DNA of 46,930 bases from Kiritimatiellia bacterium (GCA_017507065.1 JAFWBO010000093.1:1-46930), one strand, 5' to 3'. Counted from the first letter of the stretch, positions 23,704 to 33,830 are shown. The notes: a model not told the origin generated them from the sequence alone. A program made the numbers and translations.

Positions 23704-24232
23704 CAGCTTTTTCATACGCCGGCGTGCCACAGAAGCCGCAGCTTCTGAATTCCGGGCAGAAACCGCGGTAGACGCATTCGGGAACGCAGCATTCGGCAAG
23801 TTCCGGCTCGATCTTGGCGATTTCGGACACGACCGCCTTCCAAGCCTCGCGCGTCTCCGGGCTTGCCTGCGAACACAACCTCCTGCGGGAAATGAACATC
23901 ACAGCCTGCGCATTGGCGAAGCATTCGTGCATGACCGCCGCATCCTGGCGGCTCGAATCGCGATCGATCCCGGTCCTGTCCGACCGCTGAGTCGAGACGA
24001 AATGTTCTATTCCGAATTTATGCCTCACGAAATGAACGCTCACCCAATACGGCAGATCGAGCCATTTCCAGTTGAAGCAGAGCTTCCTCACCGGCGAATG
24101 CTCGGCGAGGAGAATCGTCTTTTTCCACTTTGAAGAAGGCTCTTTCACGCCGGCATCGAGACGGATCGTGGTTCTCGCGGCGTCTGCGACGTCGCGCCAC
24201 GAACCCGTTTTCTTCAAAAAGCCTATTTTCAC
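23681..24232 (-). CDS. ThyX-like (flavin-dependent thymidylate synthase fold) protein, short and divergent, with a Cys-rich C-terminus
   Basis: 183 aa. EHSPVRKLCFNWKWLDLPYWVSVHFVRHKFGIEHFVSTQRSDR aligns by eye with the ThyX region HETPFEH..F.F....P..V..Q..RHR-x7-S-x-RY. NAQAVMFISRRRLCSQASPETRE resembles [21 protein letters not shown]. The C-terminus reads CCVPECVYRGFCPEFRSCGFCG. Confidence 0.5.
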   Translation of the reverse strand: MKIGFLKKTGSWRDVADAARTTIRLDAGVKEPSSKWKKTILLAEHSPVRKLCFNWKWLDLPYWVSVHFVRHKFGIEHFVSTQRSDRTGIDRDSSRQDAAVMHECFANAQAVMFISRRRLCSQASPETREAWKAVVSEIAKIEPELAECCVPECVYRGFCPEFRSCGFCGTPAYEKAVEKYRKV

Positions 24233-24933
24233 GCAAACGCCCCTTTCATCTCTTCCACTATGGCGCGCGCCGCGGCCGCCGGATCGTCCGCCGCCATGAC
24301 AGGACGCCCGACGACAAGATGCGTGGCTCCGTCGCGGACTGCGTCTGCGGGTCTGGCCACGCGTTTCTGGTCGCCGACGGCGGAGCCGGCCGGCCGGACT
24401 CCCGGCGTGACGAAAAGAACGCCGCTTTTCAGCGCCTTCGAAAGCGCGCCGACTTCCATCGGGCTCGAAACAAGACCGTCCGCTCCGTTCTCGACCGCAA
24501 AACGCGCCATGGCCTCGACCTGCTCGCGCGGCGAACGGGCGGCGACGCCTATATCCCTGAGATCGCCCTCGTCCATAGACGTGAGAAGCGTCACCGCGAG
24601 AATCTTCGGCGCAGACGCGCCGAACTCCGCCGCGGCATCGGCGGCCGCGCGTATCATCGCAGCGCCCCCCGTCGAGTGTATCGTCATGAGGTCTGCGCCG
24701 AGAGTCCCGGCACTCCGCACCGCCCTTTCGACGGTCCGCGGGATGTCGTGGAATTTAAGATCGAGAAAAACCTTCTTCCCGAGGCCTTTCACCGCCTTGA
24801 CCACGTCCGGACCTTCGGCCGTGAAAAGTTCGAGCCCGATCTTGTAAAACCCCACCGCATCGCCTATGAGCGATATTTTCTCCTCCGCTTCGCGCCGCGA
24901 AGCCACATCGAGAGCCACTATCAATTCCGCCAT
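24229..24933 (-). CDS. pyrF: orotidine-5'-phosphate decarboxylase
   Basis: MAELIVALDV...FYKIGLELF...VFLDLKFHDIPRTV...LVTPGVRP...DQKRV...VVGRPV, the canonical PyrF motifs. ATG at 24933. Confidence 0.88.
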   Translation of the reverse strand: MAELIVALDVASRREAEEKISLIGDAVGFYKIGLELFTAEGPDVVKAVKGLGKKVFLDLKFHDIPRTVERAVRSAGTLGADLMTIHSTGGAAMIRAAADAAAEFGASAPKILAVTLLTSMDEGDLRDIGVAARSPREQVEAMARFAVENGADGLVSSPMEVGALSKALKSGVLFVTPGVRPAGSAVGDQKRVARPADAVRDGATHLVVGRPVMAADDPAAAARAIVEEMKGAFA

Positions 24934-24949
24934 CTCTTCCGTTCCTTTC

Positions 24950-26044
24950 TCATTTAGCGCCGCCGAGCCTCGCGCCGGAATACCGGCCGCTGCGGATCGG
25001 ACGCCACCACCATTCGTTGTCGAGATACCACCGCACCGTTTTGCGGATGCCCGTTTCGAAATTCTCCACCGGCTTCCATCCGAGATCGTTGACGAGCTTG
25101 GACGGGTCGATCGCATATCTCAGATCGTGGCCGGGCCTGTCGCTGACGTATGTTATGAGATCGCCGTAAGGCCCTTCGGCGCGCGGCCTTTCCGAATCGA
25201 GAATCGAACATATCGTCTTGACGACCTCGAGATTCGTCCTCTCGTTGTGTCCGCCCACGTTGTACGTCTCGCCGGGGCGGCCGCGCAGATTGACCGCAAG
25301 AAGCGCGCGGGCGTGATCCTCGACGAACAGCCAGTCGCGGATGTTCGCGCCCTTTCCGTACACGGGCAGCGCCTTGCCTTCGAGCGCATTGAGGATGACG
25401 AGCGGAATGAGCTTCTCGGGGAAATGGTAGGGCCCGTAGTTGTTCGAGCAGTTCGTTATCAGCACGGGAAGGCCGAACGTGTCGTGCCAGGCGCGGACGA
25501 GGTGGTCGCTCGAAGCCTTCGACGCGGAATACGGGGAGTGCGGAGAATACGGCGTCGATTCCGTGAAGTAACCGGTTTCGCCGAGAGTGCCGTACACCTC
25601 GTCGGTAGATATGTGCTGGAAGCGGAAATTCTCCTTCGCTTCGCCGTCGAGCCCGCGGAAATAGCCGAGCGCCGCCTGAAGGAGAGACGCCGTCCCGACG
25701 ATGTTGGTCCTGATGAATTCGCCGGGACCGTCTATCGAACGGTCGACATGCGATTCGGCGGCGAGATGGAAAATGTCGTCGGGGCGGAATTCGGCGAACG
25801 CCCTGTCCATCGCCTCGAGGTCGCATATGTCGGCCTTGAGGAATTTCAGCCTCGGATTCGAAGAGGCGAGAGTCTCGGGATCGAGCCCGGCCTCTTTCAG
25901 AGATTCCGGCACGCCTGCGTACGTGAGCTTGTCGATAACGAGGACTTCGCGGTCCGTCTCGGCGAGAAGAAGCCTGACGAGGGCCGAACCTATGAAGCCC
26001 GCTCCTCCTGTGACGATCGACCTTGCCGGTTGCCTTTGTGCCAT
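24950..26044 (-). CDS. rfbB: dTDP-glucose 4,6-dehydratase
   Basis: [53 protein letters not shown]. The ATG at 26044 is preceded by GGAGGAAG. An alternative ATG at 26065 would form an ATGA overlap with the rfbA stop. Confidence 0.9.
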   Translation of the reverse strand: MAQRQPARSIVTGGAGFIGSALVRLLLAETDREVLVIDKLTYAGVPESLKEAGLDPETLASSNPRLKFLKADICDLEAMDRAFAEFRPDDIFHLAAESHVDRSIDGPGEFIRTNIVGTASLLQAALGYFRGLDGEAKENFRFQHISTDEVYGTLGETGYFTESTPYSPHSPYSASKASSDHLVRAWHDTFGLPVLITNCSNNYGPYHFPEKLIPLVILNALEGKALPVYGKGANIRDWLFVEDHARALLAVNLRGRPGETYNVGGHNERTNLEVVKTICSILDSERPRAEGPYGDLITYVSDRPGHDLRYAIDPSKLVNDLGWKPVENFETGIRKTVRWYLDNEWWWRPIRSGRYSGARLGGAK

Positions 26045-26061
26045 TTCACTTCCTCCGTTTT

Positions 26062-26931
26062 TCATTCGCCGGCCACGCGGCGGAGATACATCCCGTATGT
26101 CGAGCTTCCGTACGTCGACGCGATTTCTTTCAGCTTCGCGTCGTCTATCCATCCTTTGCAGCGCGCGATCTCTTCGATGCACGATATCTGCAGCCCCTGC
26201 CGCTCTATGAGAGCGCGGACAAAATTCGTCGCGTCGGCGAGCGACTGGTGCGTGCCGGTGTCGAGCCATGCGAAACCCCGCCCCATCGTCTCCACCGAAA
26301 GACGGCCCTCTTTGAGATATTCGCGGTTCAGATCGGTTATCTCGTACTCGCCGCGGGCCGAGGGCTTGAGGCGCGCCGCCTTTTCGACCACGTCGTTCGG
26401 ATAAAAATAAAGCCCCACCACCGCATAGTTGGATTTCGGCATCGCCGGTTTTTCCTCGAGCGACACGGCTCTCCCGGAGGCGTCGAACTCCACCACGCCG
26501 TATCTCTCAGGATCGCTCACGCGGTAGCCGAAGACGGTTGCGCCGCCGTTCGCCGACGCCTTGGCGAGAAGCCGCGGCAGATCGGCCCCGTAGAAAATGT
26601 TGTCTCCGAGGACGAGGCATGCGTCGTCTCCGCCGAGGAACTCCGCGCCGAGGACGAACGCCTGCGCGAGACCGTCGGGCCTCTCCTGCACCTTGTAGGA
26701 AAATTTCATCCCGAGATCGGATCCGTCGCCGAGAAGCCGCTCGAAGTTCGGCAGATCCTGCGGAGTCGAAATCACGAGCACCTCGCGTATCCCCGCGAGC
26801 ATCAAAGTCGACAGAGGATAGTAGATCATCGGCTTGTCGTACACCGGCAGAAGCTGCTTGGAGACGACTCGCGTGAGCGGATGGAGGCGCGTGCCCGCGC
26901 CGCCCGCGAGTATTATTCCCTTGCGTGCCAT
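26062..26931 (-). CDS. rfbA: glucose-1-phosphate thymidylyltransferase
   Basis: [55 protein letters not shown]...LGDNIFYG...WLDTGTH. Confidence 0.92.
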   Translation of the reverse strand: MARKGIILAGGAGTRLHPLTRVVSKQLLPVYDKPMIYYPLSTLMLAGIREVLVISTPQDLPNFERLLGDGSDLGMKFSYKVQERPDGLAQAFVLGAEFLGGDDACLVLGDNIFYGADLPRLLAKASANGGATVFGYRVSDPERYGVVEFDASGRAVSLEEKPAMPKSNYAVVGLYFYPNDVVEKAARLKPSARGEYEITDLNREYLKEGRLSVETMGRGFAWLDTGTHQSLADATNFVRALIERQGLQISCIEEIARCKGWIDDAKLKEIASTYGSSTYGMYLRRVAGE

Positions 26932-26932
26932 G

Positions 26933-27487
26933 TCACGTTCCCTCCCACGGTTCGATCTCGCCGAAGAACGGGGCCGCCGCATCTTTGGGCGAGAGCTTGA
27001 GTTCCATTCCGAGATCCGGCCACTCTATCCCGAGCGCGGGATCGTCGAAGCGCATGTTCCTCTCCGAGAGAGGCTCGTAGAAATTGTCGCACTTGTAGCT
27101 GAAAAGCGTGTCGTTCTCGAGAACGATGAAGCCGTGCGCGAACCCGCGCGGTATGAAAAGCTGCCTGCCGTTCGCGGCTGAAAGCTCGACGGCCACATGG
27201 CGGCCGAACGTGGGAGAGCCCTTTCTTATGTCGACCGCCACATCGAGAACGGCGCCTCGCACCACCCTGAGAAGCTTCGCCTGCGTATACGGCGCCGCCT
27301 GCCAGTGGAGGCCGCGCACGACGCCTTTCGCGGAGCTGGACTCGTTGTCCTGCACGAACACGGCGCCGACTCCCGCCTCTTCGTATCTGCGGCGGTTGTA
27401 CGTCTCGCAGAAATACCCTCTCGCGTCTCTGAACACGTCAGGCTCGATTATTTTAACACCTTCTATTCCGCAATCCACCGTTTTCAC
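26933..27487 (-). CDS. rfbC: dTDP-4-dehydrorhamnose 3,5-epimerase
   Basis: [21 protein letters not shown]...[18 protein letters not shown]...[20 protein letters not shown]...GFAHGF. GTG start preceded by GGGGAGGA. Confidence 0.9.
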   Translation of the reverse strand: MKTVDCGIEGVKIIEPDVFRDARGYFCETYNRRRYEEAGVGAVFVQDNESSSAKGVVRGLHWQAAPYTQAKLLRVVRGAVLDVAVDIRKGSPTFGRHVAVELSAANGRQLFIPRGFAHGFIVLENDTLFSYKCDNFYEPLSERNMRFDDPALGIEWPDLGMELKLSPKDAAAPFFGEIEPWEGT

Positions 27488-27500
27488 TCCGTCCTCCCCG

Positions 27501-28007
27501 TCATCTCGTCACGTCGTTGAATTCCTGCACGACATCGTACAGCTGTTCGGCAAGCTCCGGAGACACTTCGTATATGTTCTCCTGCCGATAATACGCCTGG
27601 TTGTCGATATTCGCCTTGACAGCCATGAACCTGTCGAAATGCTTCGCCTTGGATTTCTGCCCGATCTTTTCCATGTCGAGCAGCCCCCAGTTCACGAGAT
27701 TCTGGAAAATGTCTTTCACGTGACCGGGATCCACCGTCCTCTGCGACCATCTTATGTCGTCCCAGTTCTCGTCTTTGTGACGGCTGGCGAAATCGTTGGA
27801 CACCAGTTCGCTCGTCCCCTTGCGCACCTTCACGTAGCCGCCGCCGGAAAGGAACACGGCTATGCGCTTTATGGGCTTCGAATTGAGATTGTAATAGTGT
27901 ATCTCGACCCAGTTGAGGCTGCTCTCCTTAACCGTTATGTACGGATCCACCCAGAACGGTCCGCATCCGGAGAGCGCCGCGAACGCCGCAAAAAAAAATC
28001 TCTTCAT
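27501..28007 (-). CDS. lipoprotein of unknown function
   Basis: MKRFFFAAFAALSGC lipobox. 168 aa. ATGA overlap with the coaX stop. Confidence 0.6.
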   Translation of the reverse strand: MKRFFFAAFAALSGCGPFWVDPYITVKESSLNWVEIHYYNLNSKPIKRIAVFLSGGGYVKVRKGTSELVSNDFASRHKDENWDDIRWSQRTVDPGHVKDIFQNLVNWGLLDMEKIGQKSKAKHFDRFMAVKANIDNQAYYRQENIYEVSPELAEQLYDVVQEFNDVTR

Positions 28008-28771
28008 CCCCGCCCCTTTCCCTGCGCCAGCGCGGCCGACTCCGCGGCGGCTCCGGCTCCGAACAGCGTCAAATCGGGATCCACCGCGAAATCCATGCCG
28101 GATCCCTTCAACGCCCATTTCGCATACCCGCCGGTCGCCACGAGCTTGAACGGCCCCGAGAAATTGCGCTCGAACTCCGCGACGATCTCGCGCACCATCC
28201 CCCTGTATCCCACAAGCGCCCCGAAGCGCATGGCCTCTTCGGTGGAACGCCCTATTTTCGGGACGCCGCCCGCGCCTATCTTCATGCGCGGCAGTTTTGC
28301 CGTGCGTTCGAAAAGATAGTCGCGCATGAGAGGGAACCCGGGAGCTATCGCTCCGCCGCGCCAGACGCCGTCCCTGGTTATCACCGCCGCGGTCAGAGCG
28401 GTCCCGAAATCCATCACTATCACTGGAGCGCCGTAGCGCCGCAAAGCGCCGAGAGCGTCGCAAAGCCTGTCGGAACCTATCGTGTCTTTCGCGGGATAGT
28501 CGAGCTTGACGGGGAACGACCTGTGCGAGACGGCGAAGAGGCGAAGCCCTTTCTTTTTCGCGAAGGCCCGCCATGCGGCGTCCTCGCGCGGGACGACCGA
28601 CGAATACGCGATGCCGTCGACAGGGCTCCTTGCGGAGCGGAGGATTTTTTCGACCTGCGCGGAAGATTCGCGGAAGGCGCCGTCGCAATGGCATCTGCCG
28701 CAGACACGGCCGTTTCGCCACAGCCCCGCGGCGGTCGAGGTGTTCCCGACGTCTACCGCAACGAACGTCAA
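28004..28771 (-). CDS. coaX: type III pantothenate kinase
   Basis: (M)TFVAVDVGNTS...GSDRL...VIVMDFGTALT...PG...ATGGYA. TTG start at 28771 (a TTGA overlap with the nadC stop) is preferred. GTG at 28786 is an alternative. Confidence 0.8.
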   Translation of the reverse strand: MTFVAVDVGNTSTAAGLWRNGRVCGRCHCDGAFRESSAQVEKILRSARSPVDGIAYSSVVPREDAAWRAFAKKKGLRLFAVSHRSFPVKLDYPAKDTIGSDRLCDALGALRRYGAPVIVMDFGTALTAAVITRDGVWRGGAIAPGFPLMRDYLFERTAKLPRMKIGAGGVPKIGRSTEEAMRFGALVGYRGMVREIVAEFERNFSGPFKLVATGGYAKWALKGSGMDFAVDPDLTLFGAGAAAESAALAQGKGRG

Positions 28772-29667
28772 ACGCGCGCCCTCCACTCGAGCGTGAGATC
28801 GACGGCTCTCGCGCTGTGCGTGAGACACCCGAGAGATATGGCGTCCACGCCCGTCGCGGCGACGGCCCTGGCCCTGTCGAGCGTTATTCCGCCGGAAGCC
28901 TCCGTCTTGGAAATCCCTTTGCACATCTTCACGCAACGCTTCATGTCGGCGACGGACATGTTGTCGAGCATTATCCACTCGGGCGCGGCTTTCAGGGCGC
29001 TCGCGCATTCGCGGATCGTCTCCACCTCGACTTCCACTGCAAGACGCGGAAACGCCTTGCGCGCCGCCAGCACGGCCGCATCGAGCGCATCGCCGTCGCC
29101 GCCGCGCCACAGCCGCCTGTGGTTGTCCTTCATGAGGACGCGGTCGTACATGCCCATGCGGTGGTTTTCGCCGCCGCCGCACAGGACGGCGTATTTTTCG
29201 AACACTCTGAGCCCTGGCGTAGTCTTGCGCGTATCAAGAATGGCGGTTCCATACCGCGCCACGGCATCGACGAACCTGCGCGTCAAAGTGGCTGTGGCGC
29301 ACATCCTCTGCATGAAATTCAAGGCGGTGCGCTCGGCGGCGAGAATCGCCCTCGCAGGCCCCCTGAAAGTCATTATCGGCTCGCCGCGGCGGGCGGAAGA
29401 ACCGTCTTTGAGAAGAATCTCCACCTTGATGCGCCTGTCGACGGCTTTCATAACGGCCTTTGCGACAGTGGTCCCGGAAACCACGCATCCTTCTTCCGAC
29501 TTGGCGTATATCTCGCCGTCGGCGACGACATCCTCCGGAACGAACGCCTCGCTCGTCGCGTCGAGACGCGGTTTCCCGGGGCGGCCGCCGACGTCGCACA
29601 GATCTTCGTAAAGCGCCGCGGCGACGGCTTCTTTCGCCCGCGGGCAGTTCATCACGTCTTTCATCAT
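28768..29667 (-). CDS. nadC: nicotinate-nucleotide diphosphorylase (quinolinate phosphoribosyltransferase)
   Basis: AILAAERTALNFMQRMCATATLTRRFV...ILDTRKTTPGLRVFEKYAVLCGGGENHRMGMYDRVLMKDNH...GGI. Confidence 0.88.
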   Translation of the reverse strand: MMKDVMNCPRAKEAVAAALYEDLCDVGGRPGKPRLDATSEAFVPEDVVADGEIYAKSEEGCVVSGTTVAKAVMKAVDRRIKVEILLKDGSSARRGEPIMTFRGPARAILAAERTALNFMQRMCATATLTRRFVDAVARYGTAILDTRKTTPGLRVFEKYAVLCGGGENHRMGMYDRVLMKDNHRRLWRGGDGDALDAAVLAARKAFPRLAVEVEVETIRECASALKAAPEWIMLDNMSVADMKRCVKMCKGISKTEASGGITLDRARAVAATGVDAISLGCLTHSARAVDLTLEWRARV

Positions 29668-29897
29668 GCCGGCATCAAAAATTCCCAGTGTCTGTACATG
29701 ATATACACAAGAGCGCCCGCCACCGCCATGGCGATGAGCGCAAAGACGAAAGTCACGGTCACGGCCTTTTTGCCGATCGTGCCGTTCTTGACCGCCGCGG
29801 GCGACATCGCGCCGCCCTGCGACGAAGCGCTTAACCTTGGCGCTTTCATGCCTTTGGCAGGCGGCGCCTTGACTTTTACGGGCTTTTTGATTTTCAT
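29664..29897 (-). CDS. small membrane protein (Lys-rich N-terminus, one C-terminal TM helix)
   Basis: 77 aa, MKIKKPVKVKAPPAKG...VTVTFVFALIAMAVAGALVYIMY. The ATG lies 8 nt after a TATAAT box. ATGA overlap with the nadC start. Confidence 0.5.
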   Translation of the reverse strand: MKIKKPVKVKAPPAKGMKAPRLSASSQGGAMSPAAVKNGTIGKKAVTVTFVFALIAMAVAGALVYIMYRHWEFLMPA

Positions 29898-29905
29898 ACC
29901 TGCGA

Positions 29906-29935
29906 ATTATACCACACTTTCAACCGTCAAATCAA
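29906..29935 (-). promoter_or_regulatory. sigma70 promoter with extended -10 giving a leaderless or near-leaderless transcript
   Basis: The minus strand reads TTGATT-18-(TGG)TATAAT, then 8 nt to the ATG at 29897. Confidence 0.55.
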
Positions 29936-29944
29936 CTGCCGATT

Positions 29945-30715
29945 TCAAATTTCGACCTGATATGTCCTGCCGCACATGTGGCATGTCACGGAAACAGGCC
30001 CTTCGAGTCCCTTGCGATCGGCCTCGGGGAGCGACGCGACCATGCCTCTTGCGCGTTCGGCGGAACAGCTGCACGCGAAAGCGAGAGGCTTTTCTTCTTT
30101 CAGCTCGGCGCGGGCGAGCCCGAGCGACGCGAGAATCGTGCGCGGAGCGCGGGCAATCGAGCCGGGAGATGCCGAGGAAACATCCCAGACGCTGTCGGGG
30201 AGAGCTTCCACGAGCACGCCGCGGGCCTCGCCCACGCGCACGTCGTCCGAAACTTCCGCCTCGAGAAAAATCTTCGCCCTGCGCTGCAACGAAAGCGAGA
30301 GATACTCTTCCGGAGACCTGGCGACGGCCTGCGACACCACCGCTCCGCCGCATGTCGCCATAAACTGCATCATCATGTCGCCTACGACGTCTTTGTCCCT
30401 GAACCGTCCGAGGCCGTCGAAATCGTCGAGCAGTTTCTTTTCGGTGTATCCGCGGAGAAAACCGCCCGGAGAATACTCGACATTCCAGCCGCCGAGAGGC
30501 CCGCTGCATTTCATCTGGATCGAAAGCACCTGCCCCGCCGCATCGCCCTCGCGGCCGAGAAGCGCGGCAAGCGCGAGCGCCCTTGCGAGAAAGACCGCCG
30601 CCACCGGGCCCGATATGTGGCCGTTCGCAAGCGCCTGCGCCGCGGACGTGACGTCGACTATGGAAACGGCCGCCTTCAACGACGGCTCGTACCAGAACTG
30701 TCCTGCATCCTTCAT
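29945..30715 (-). CDS. hslO: Hsp33-family redox-regulated chaperone
   Basis: 256 aa. The C-terminal zinc and redox switch reads CSCSAERARGM...CHMCGRTYQV (CxC...CxxC). Confidence 0.75.
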   Translation of the reverse strand: MKDAGQFWYEPSLKAAVSIVDVTSAAQALANGHISGPVAAVFLARALALAALLGREGDAAGQVLSIQMKCSGPLGGWNVEYSPGGFLRGYTEKKLLDDFDGLGRFRDKDVVGDMMMQFMATCGGAVVSQAVARSPEEYLSLSLQRRAKIFLEAEVSDDVRVGEARGVLVEALPDSVWDVSSASPGSIARAPRTILASLGLARAELKEEKPLAFACSCSAERARGMVASLPEADRKGLEGPVSVTCHMCGRTYQVEI

Positions 30716-30716
30716 T

Positions 30717-31199
30717 TCACCATGTAGCCCTTATCATGCACGAGAAAGTGAACGCGCCCGCAACGCCACCGTCCACGAGAAGCGAATGCGCGGCGTCCAG
30801 ACGGAAAGACCATCTCTCGTCGATATGCCAGTAGAATCCCGCGCCGGCCGACGGGCCGGCGCCGACGCCCTCGGCCCACGAAGCGCCGTAGACGAAAAAC
30901 GGATCGAATCTTTCATATCCCCACCAGTGCCAAAGCACTCCGGCCGATGCGCCGAACCTGTTTTCCAGACGCATCGCAGCGGCCTCGAACGCGGTGAATT
31001 CCGTCGCATACCATCCGGCGCGGACGGCGACGCCTCCGAGGCGGCCAGCTCCGGCTCCTCCCTGCGGCAGGAAAAGCACTCCGCCCGCCGAGGCGCAGAA
31101 CCTGTCGAACGGGAGGACGTCCTCTGCGGAAAAAACATCTTCGTCCGCACATGCCCGGAAAAAGAAAAGCGCCGCGGCCGCGGCAAGAAACGCCCTCAC
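30717..31199 (-). CDS. small outer-membrane beta-barrel-like protein
   Basis: GTG start (a GTGA overlap with the ybeY stop). Hydrophobic signal sequence. Gly- and aromatic-rich alternating strands. Ends in ...RATW. Confidence 0.45.
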   Translation of the reverse strand: MRAFLAAAAALFFFRACADEDVFSAEDVLPFDRFCASAGGVLFLPQGGAGAGRLGGVAVRAGWYATEFTAFEAAAMRLENRFGASAGVLWHWWGYERFDPFFVYGASWAEGVGAGPSAGAGFYWHIDERWSFRLDAAHSLLVDGGVAGAFTFSCMIRATW

Positions 31200-31651
31200 C
31201 GCGAGGCCCTCCAGAACGCGGCGACCCAGCCGAGTTCCCGGCGGCGCATGGCGCGACGCCCGGCTTCAAGCGCATCGTCGGCGCCGGACAGATGGTCCAT
31301 CCCGTGGGCCACATAAAGAAGCAGTTCGCCCGCAGGCGTCCTGACGCGGCGTGAACCCTCGGAAACGGCACGGTCGCAGTTGACGTAAAGCTCTCCGTAC
31401 ACGCCGTCCTCTTCCCCCGGCATCGGATCGAACGGCTGCGTGATGACATCGGTGGGCCCGGCGACATCCATGACGGAAACGTGCGCCGCCGCGCTCTCGG
31501 CGTCGTTCTGGAGAATTATCGAAACTGCGGCAAACGGCTTTCCGGCGCGGCGCGACGCCATTCCGGCGAAATAACGCGCGGCGGCGGCGAGTTCTCTCCT
31601 GCCGATTCCGGCACGGCGGGGCAGGACGCCTGTTATCGAAATATCCGTCAT
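31196..31651 (-). CDS. ybeY: rRNA maturation endoribonuclease YbeY
   Basis: PTDVITQPF and the zinc motif HGMDHLSGADD (HGxLHLxGxDH-type). 151 aa. ATGA overlap with the upstream stop. Confidence 0.8.
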   Translation of the reverse strand: MTDISITGVLPRRAGIGRRELAAAARYFAGMASRRAGKPFAAVSIILQNDAESAAAHVSVMDVAGPTDVITQPFDPMPGEEDGVYGELYVNCDRAVSEGSRRVRTPAGELLLYVAHGMDHLSGADDALEAGRRAMRRRELGWVAAFWRASR

Positions 31652-33018
31652 GCCTTCGTTATGTATATCTTCGCCATGTCGGTGCGCACGGCGTTCTCTC
31701 CGGAAATGCCGAGCTCTTCGACGATCTTCTCCCCGGGACGGACGCCGGTGAACACGATTGGTATGTCTTTGTACGGCCTGAAACCGGCTTCGGCGATCAT
31801 GTTCTCGGCAAGCGAGAGTATGCTGACGCTCTCGCCCATGTCGAGCGTGTATATGGCGCTCTCCGAACGCGTGGCCGCCTGGAGGACAAGCCCGACCGCC
31901 TCCTGTATCGTCATGAAATACCGCCGCATGTCGGGATGCGTCACCGTGACCGGCATCTTCTTCGCGATCTGCTCGCGGAAGAGCGGCACGACGGAGCCCG
32001 ACGATCCGAACACGTTGCCGAATCTGACGGCGCAGAAACTCGTGGACGAAACGCCGTTGAGAGCCATGACGGCCTCCTCGGCCGCCTTCTTCGTCTTGCC
32101 CATCACGGAAACGGGATTGACCGCCTTGTCGGTCGAGATCAGGACGAATCTCGCCACTCCGTGCCTGGCGGAAGCCTCGGCGAGAGTCCGCGTGGCCTGC
32201 GTGTTGTTGCGCCATCCCTCCTCGGGATTCATCTCCACCATCGGGACATGCTTGTAGGCGGCGGCGTGGAGCACGATTTCTGGCTTCTCGTCCGCGAGAA
32301 TTTCTTCCATGCGCTCCGTGTCGTTCACGTCCACCATGAGCGGCTTCAGTTCCGAGACGACGGAAAGCTGGCGCATCTCGCGGTCTATTTCGTAAAGGGC
32401 GTTTTCGCCGCGTTCCACGAGAAGGATCTTTTTCGCTCCCGCGGATGCGATCTGGCGCACGATCTCGCTGCCTATCGAGCCGCCGGCCCCCGTCACCATA
32501 ACCGTCCTGCCGGAGAAAAACGCCGCCGCGGAAGCGTCGAACCGGCGCTCGCTTCTTGGGATGATCTCGTCCCACAGTCTGCGTTCGCCGCAGACGGCGA
32601 ACACGAGGCACCTGAATGCGACAAAAGCGACGGAAGAAAAAACGAACAACAGCATCGTCACGGAATACGGCGGCCGGAAAGCCGCCATCGAGACGGAAGG
32701 CAGCAGAAACCGCATTGCCGACAGACAGACGCACGACAGCGCGAGCGCGAGGACGCATCGCGCGAGGACGTCGCCTCTGCGGTTCTTCATGCGCCACGGC
32801 AGGCTGTAGCTTCCGCATGCGGCGAGGAAAAACAGATGCACCGCGAGCGCGACCGCGTACGATACCGCCGCCGCGCGCCACCCCCATGCAGGCTCGTTGA
32901 AATTGAGCCTGACGAAAAACGAAAGCAGATACGCCACTCCGAAAACGGCAGCATCGGCCGCAACCGCCGAAACGACCGCCGCCGCCCGGCCCGTTCTGCA
33001 CCGCAACGGAACGTTCAT
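31648..33018 (-). CDS. membrane-bound polysaccharide biosynthesis NDP-sugar 4,6-dehydratase (CapD/PglF/WbpM family)
   Basis: About four N-terminal TM helices, then VMVTGAGGSIGSEI, HAAAYKHVP, STDKAVNPVSVMGKTK, RFGNVFGSSGSV. Confidence 0.82.
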   Translation of the reverse strand: MNVPLRCRTGRAAAVVSAVAADAAVFGVAYLLSFFVRLNFNEPAWGWRAAAVSYAVALAVHLFFLAACGSYSLPWRMKNRRGDVLARCVLALALSCVCLSAMRFLLPSVSMAAFRPPYSVTMLLFVFSSVAFVAFRCLVFAVCGERRLWDEIIPRSERRFDASAAAFFSGRTVMVTGAGGSIGSEIVRQIASAGAKKILLVERGENALYEIDREMRQLSVVSELKPLMVDVNDTERMEEILADEKPEIVLHAAAYKHVPMVEMNPEEGWRNNTQATRTLAEASARHGVARFVLISTDKAVNPVSVMGKTKKAAEEAVMALNGVSSTSFCAVRFGNVFGSSGSVVPLFREQIAKKMPVTVTHPDMRRYFMTIQEAVGLVLQAATRSESAIYTLDMGESVSILSLAENMIAEAGFRPYKDIPIVFTGVRPGEKIVEELGISGENAVRTDMAKIYITKA

Positions 33019-33800
33019 GCCGCAAAATACCTCAGGAACGGATACAGAAGAGCGCTCGCGAACACGAGGGAATCGAACATGTCGAGAAAACCTCCCATGC
33101 CGGCCGGCATGAACACCGCCGAATCCTTGACGCCAATCTCGCGCTTGATCCTGCTTTCCGCGAGATCGCCGAGAGTGCCGAGCACCGCGGCCGCGACGCC
33201 GAACGCGAGAGACAGCAGCACGCCGAACGACGTGACCGGCATGAACAGGCATGATATGAGGCACGATGCGAAAACCGAGCCGGCCATGCCTTCCCAGCTC
33301 TTGCCCGGCGAAATCGACGGGCACATTTTGTGACGGCCGAACGCCATCCCGAACGCAAAGCCTCCCATGTCGGAAATTTTGATTATCGAAACCGTGTAGA
33401 GAAGCCACTTGGCATCCATATCCCGCGCGATGAGAAGAAGCGGAGAAAGAAACACCGGAATGTAAACGATGCCGAGGACGGTAAACGCCAGAGACACGAC
33501 GGGCTTTTCGGCCTTTGAAAGCAGGACTGCAAGGAAAAGCATGAACACGACGGCGGGGAACGCGATATACGAACGCGGTGCATAAACCTGCGCAAACATG
33601 TAGAGAAGCCCCGCCGCGACGCCGGGGAAAACCATTACCGGATACTTTTTGGCGACAAGCCTCGAAAATTCGAAGTGCACGAGAACGACCGCGGCCGTCA
33701 TCGCCGGCACGAGCGCCGCCTTGGGCAGCCACAGCATTGCGGCGATCACGGCGGCAGCAGTCGCGAGCGCCGTCACGGTCCTTTTGAAAACTTTATTCAT
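33015..33800 (-). CDS. cdsA: phosphatidate cytidylyltransferase
   Basis: Polytopic membrane protein with SDMGGFAFGMAFGRHKMCPSISPGKSWEG...GDLAESRIKREIGVKDS, the CdsA signature. Confidence 0.88.
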   Translation of the reverse strand: MNKVFKRTVTALATAAAVIAAMLWLPKAALVPAMTAAVVLVHFEFSRLVAKKYPVMVFPGVAAGLLYMFAQVYAPRSYIAFPAVVFMLFLAVLLSKAEKPVVSLAFTVLGIVYIPVFLSPLLLIARDMDAKWLLYTVSIIKISDMGGFAFGMAFGRHKMCPSISPGKSWEGMAGSVFASCLISCLFMPVTSFGVLLSLAFGVAAAVLGTLGDLAESRIKREIGVKDSAVFMPAGMGGFLDMFDSLVFASALLYPFLRYFAA

Positions 33801-33830
33801 AGCCAGCCTTCTTCCGCCGCACGGACCGCC

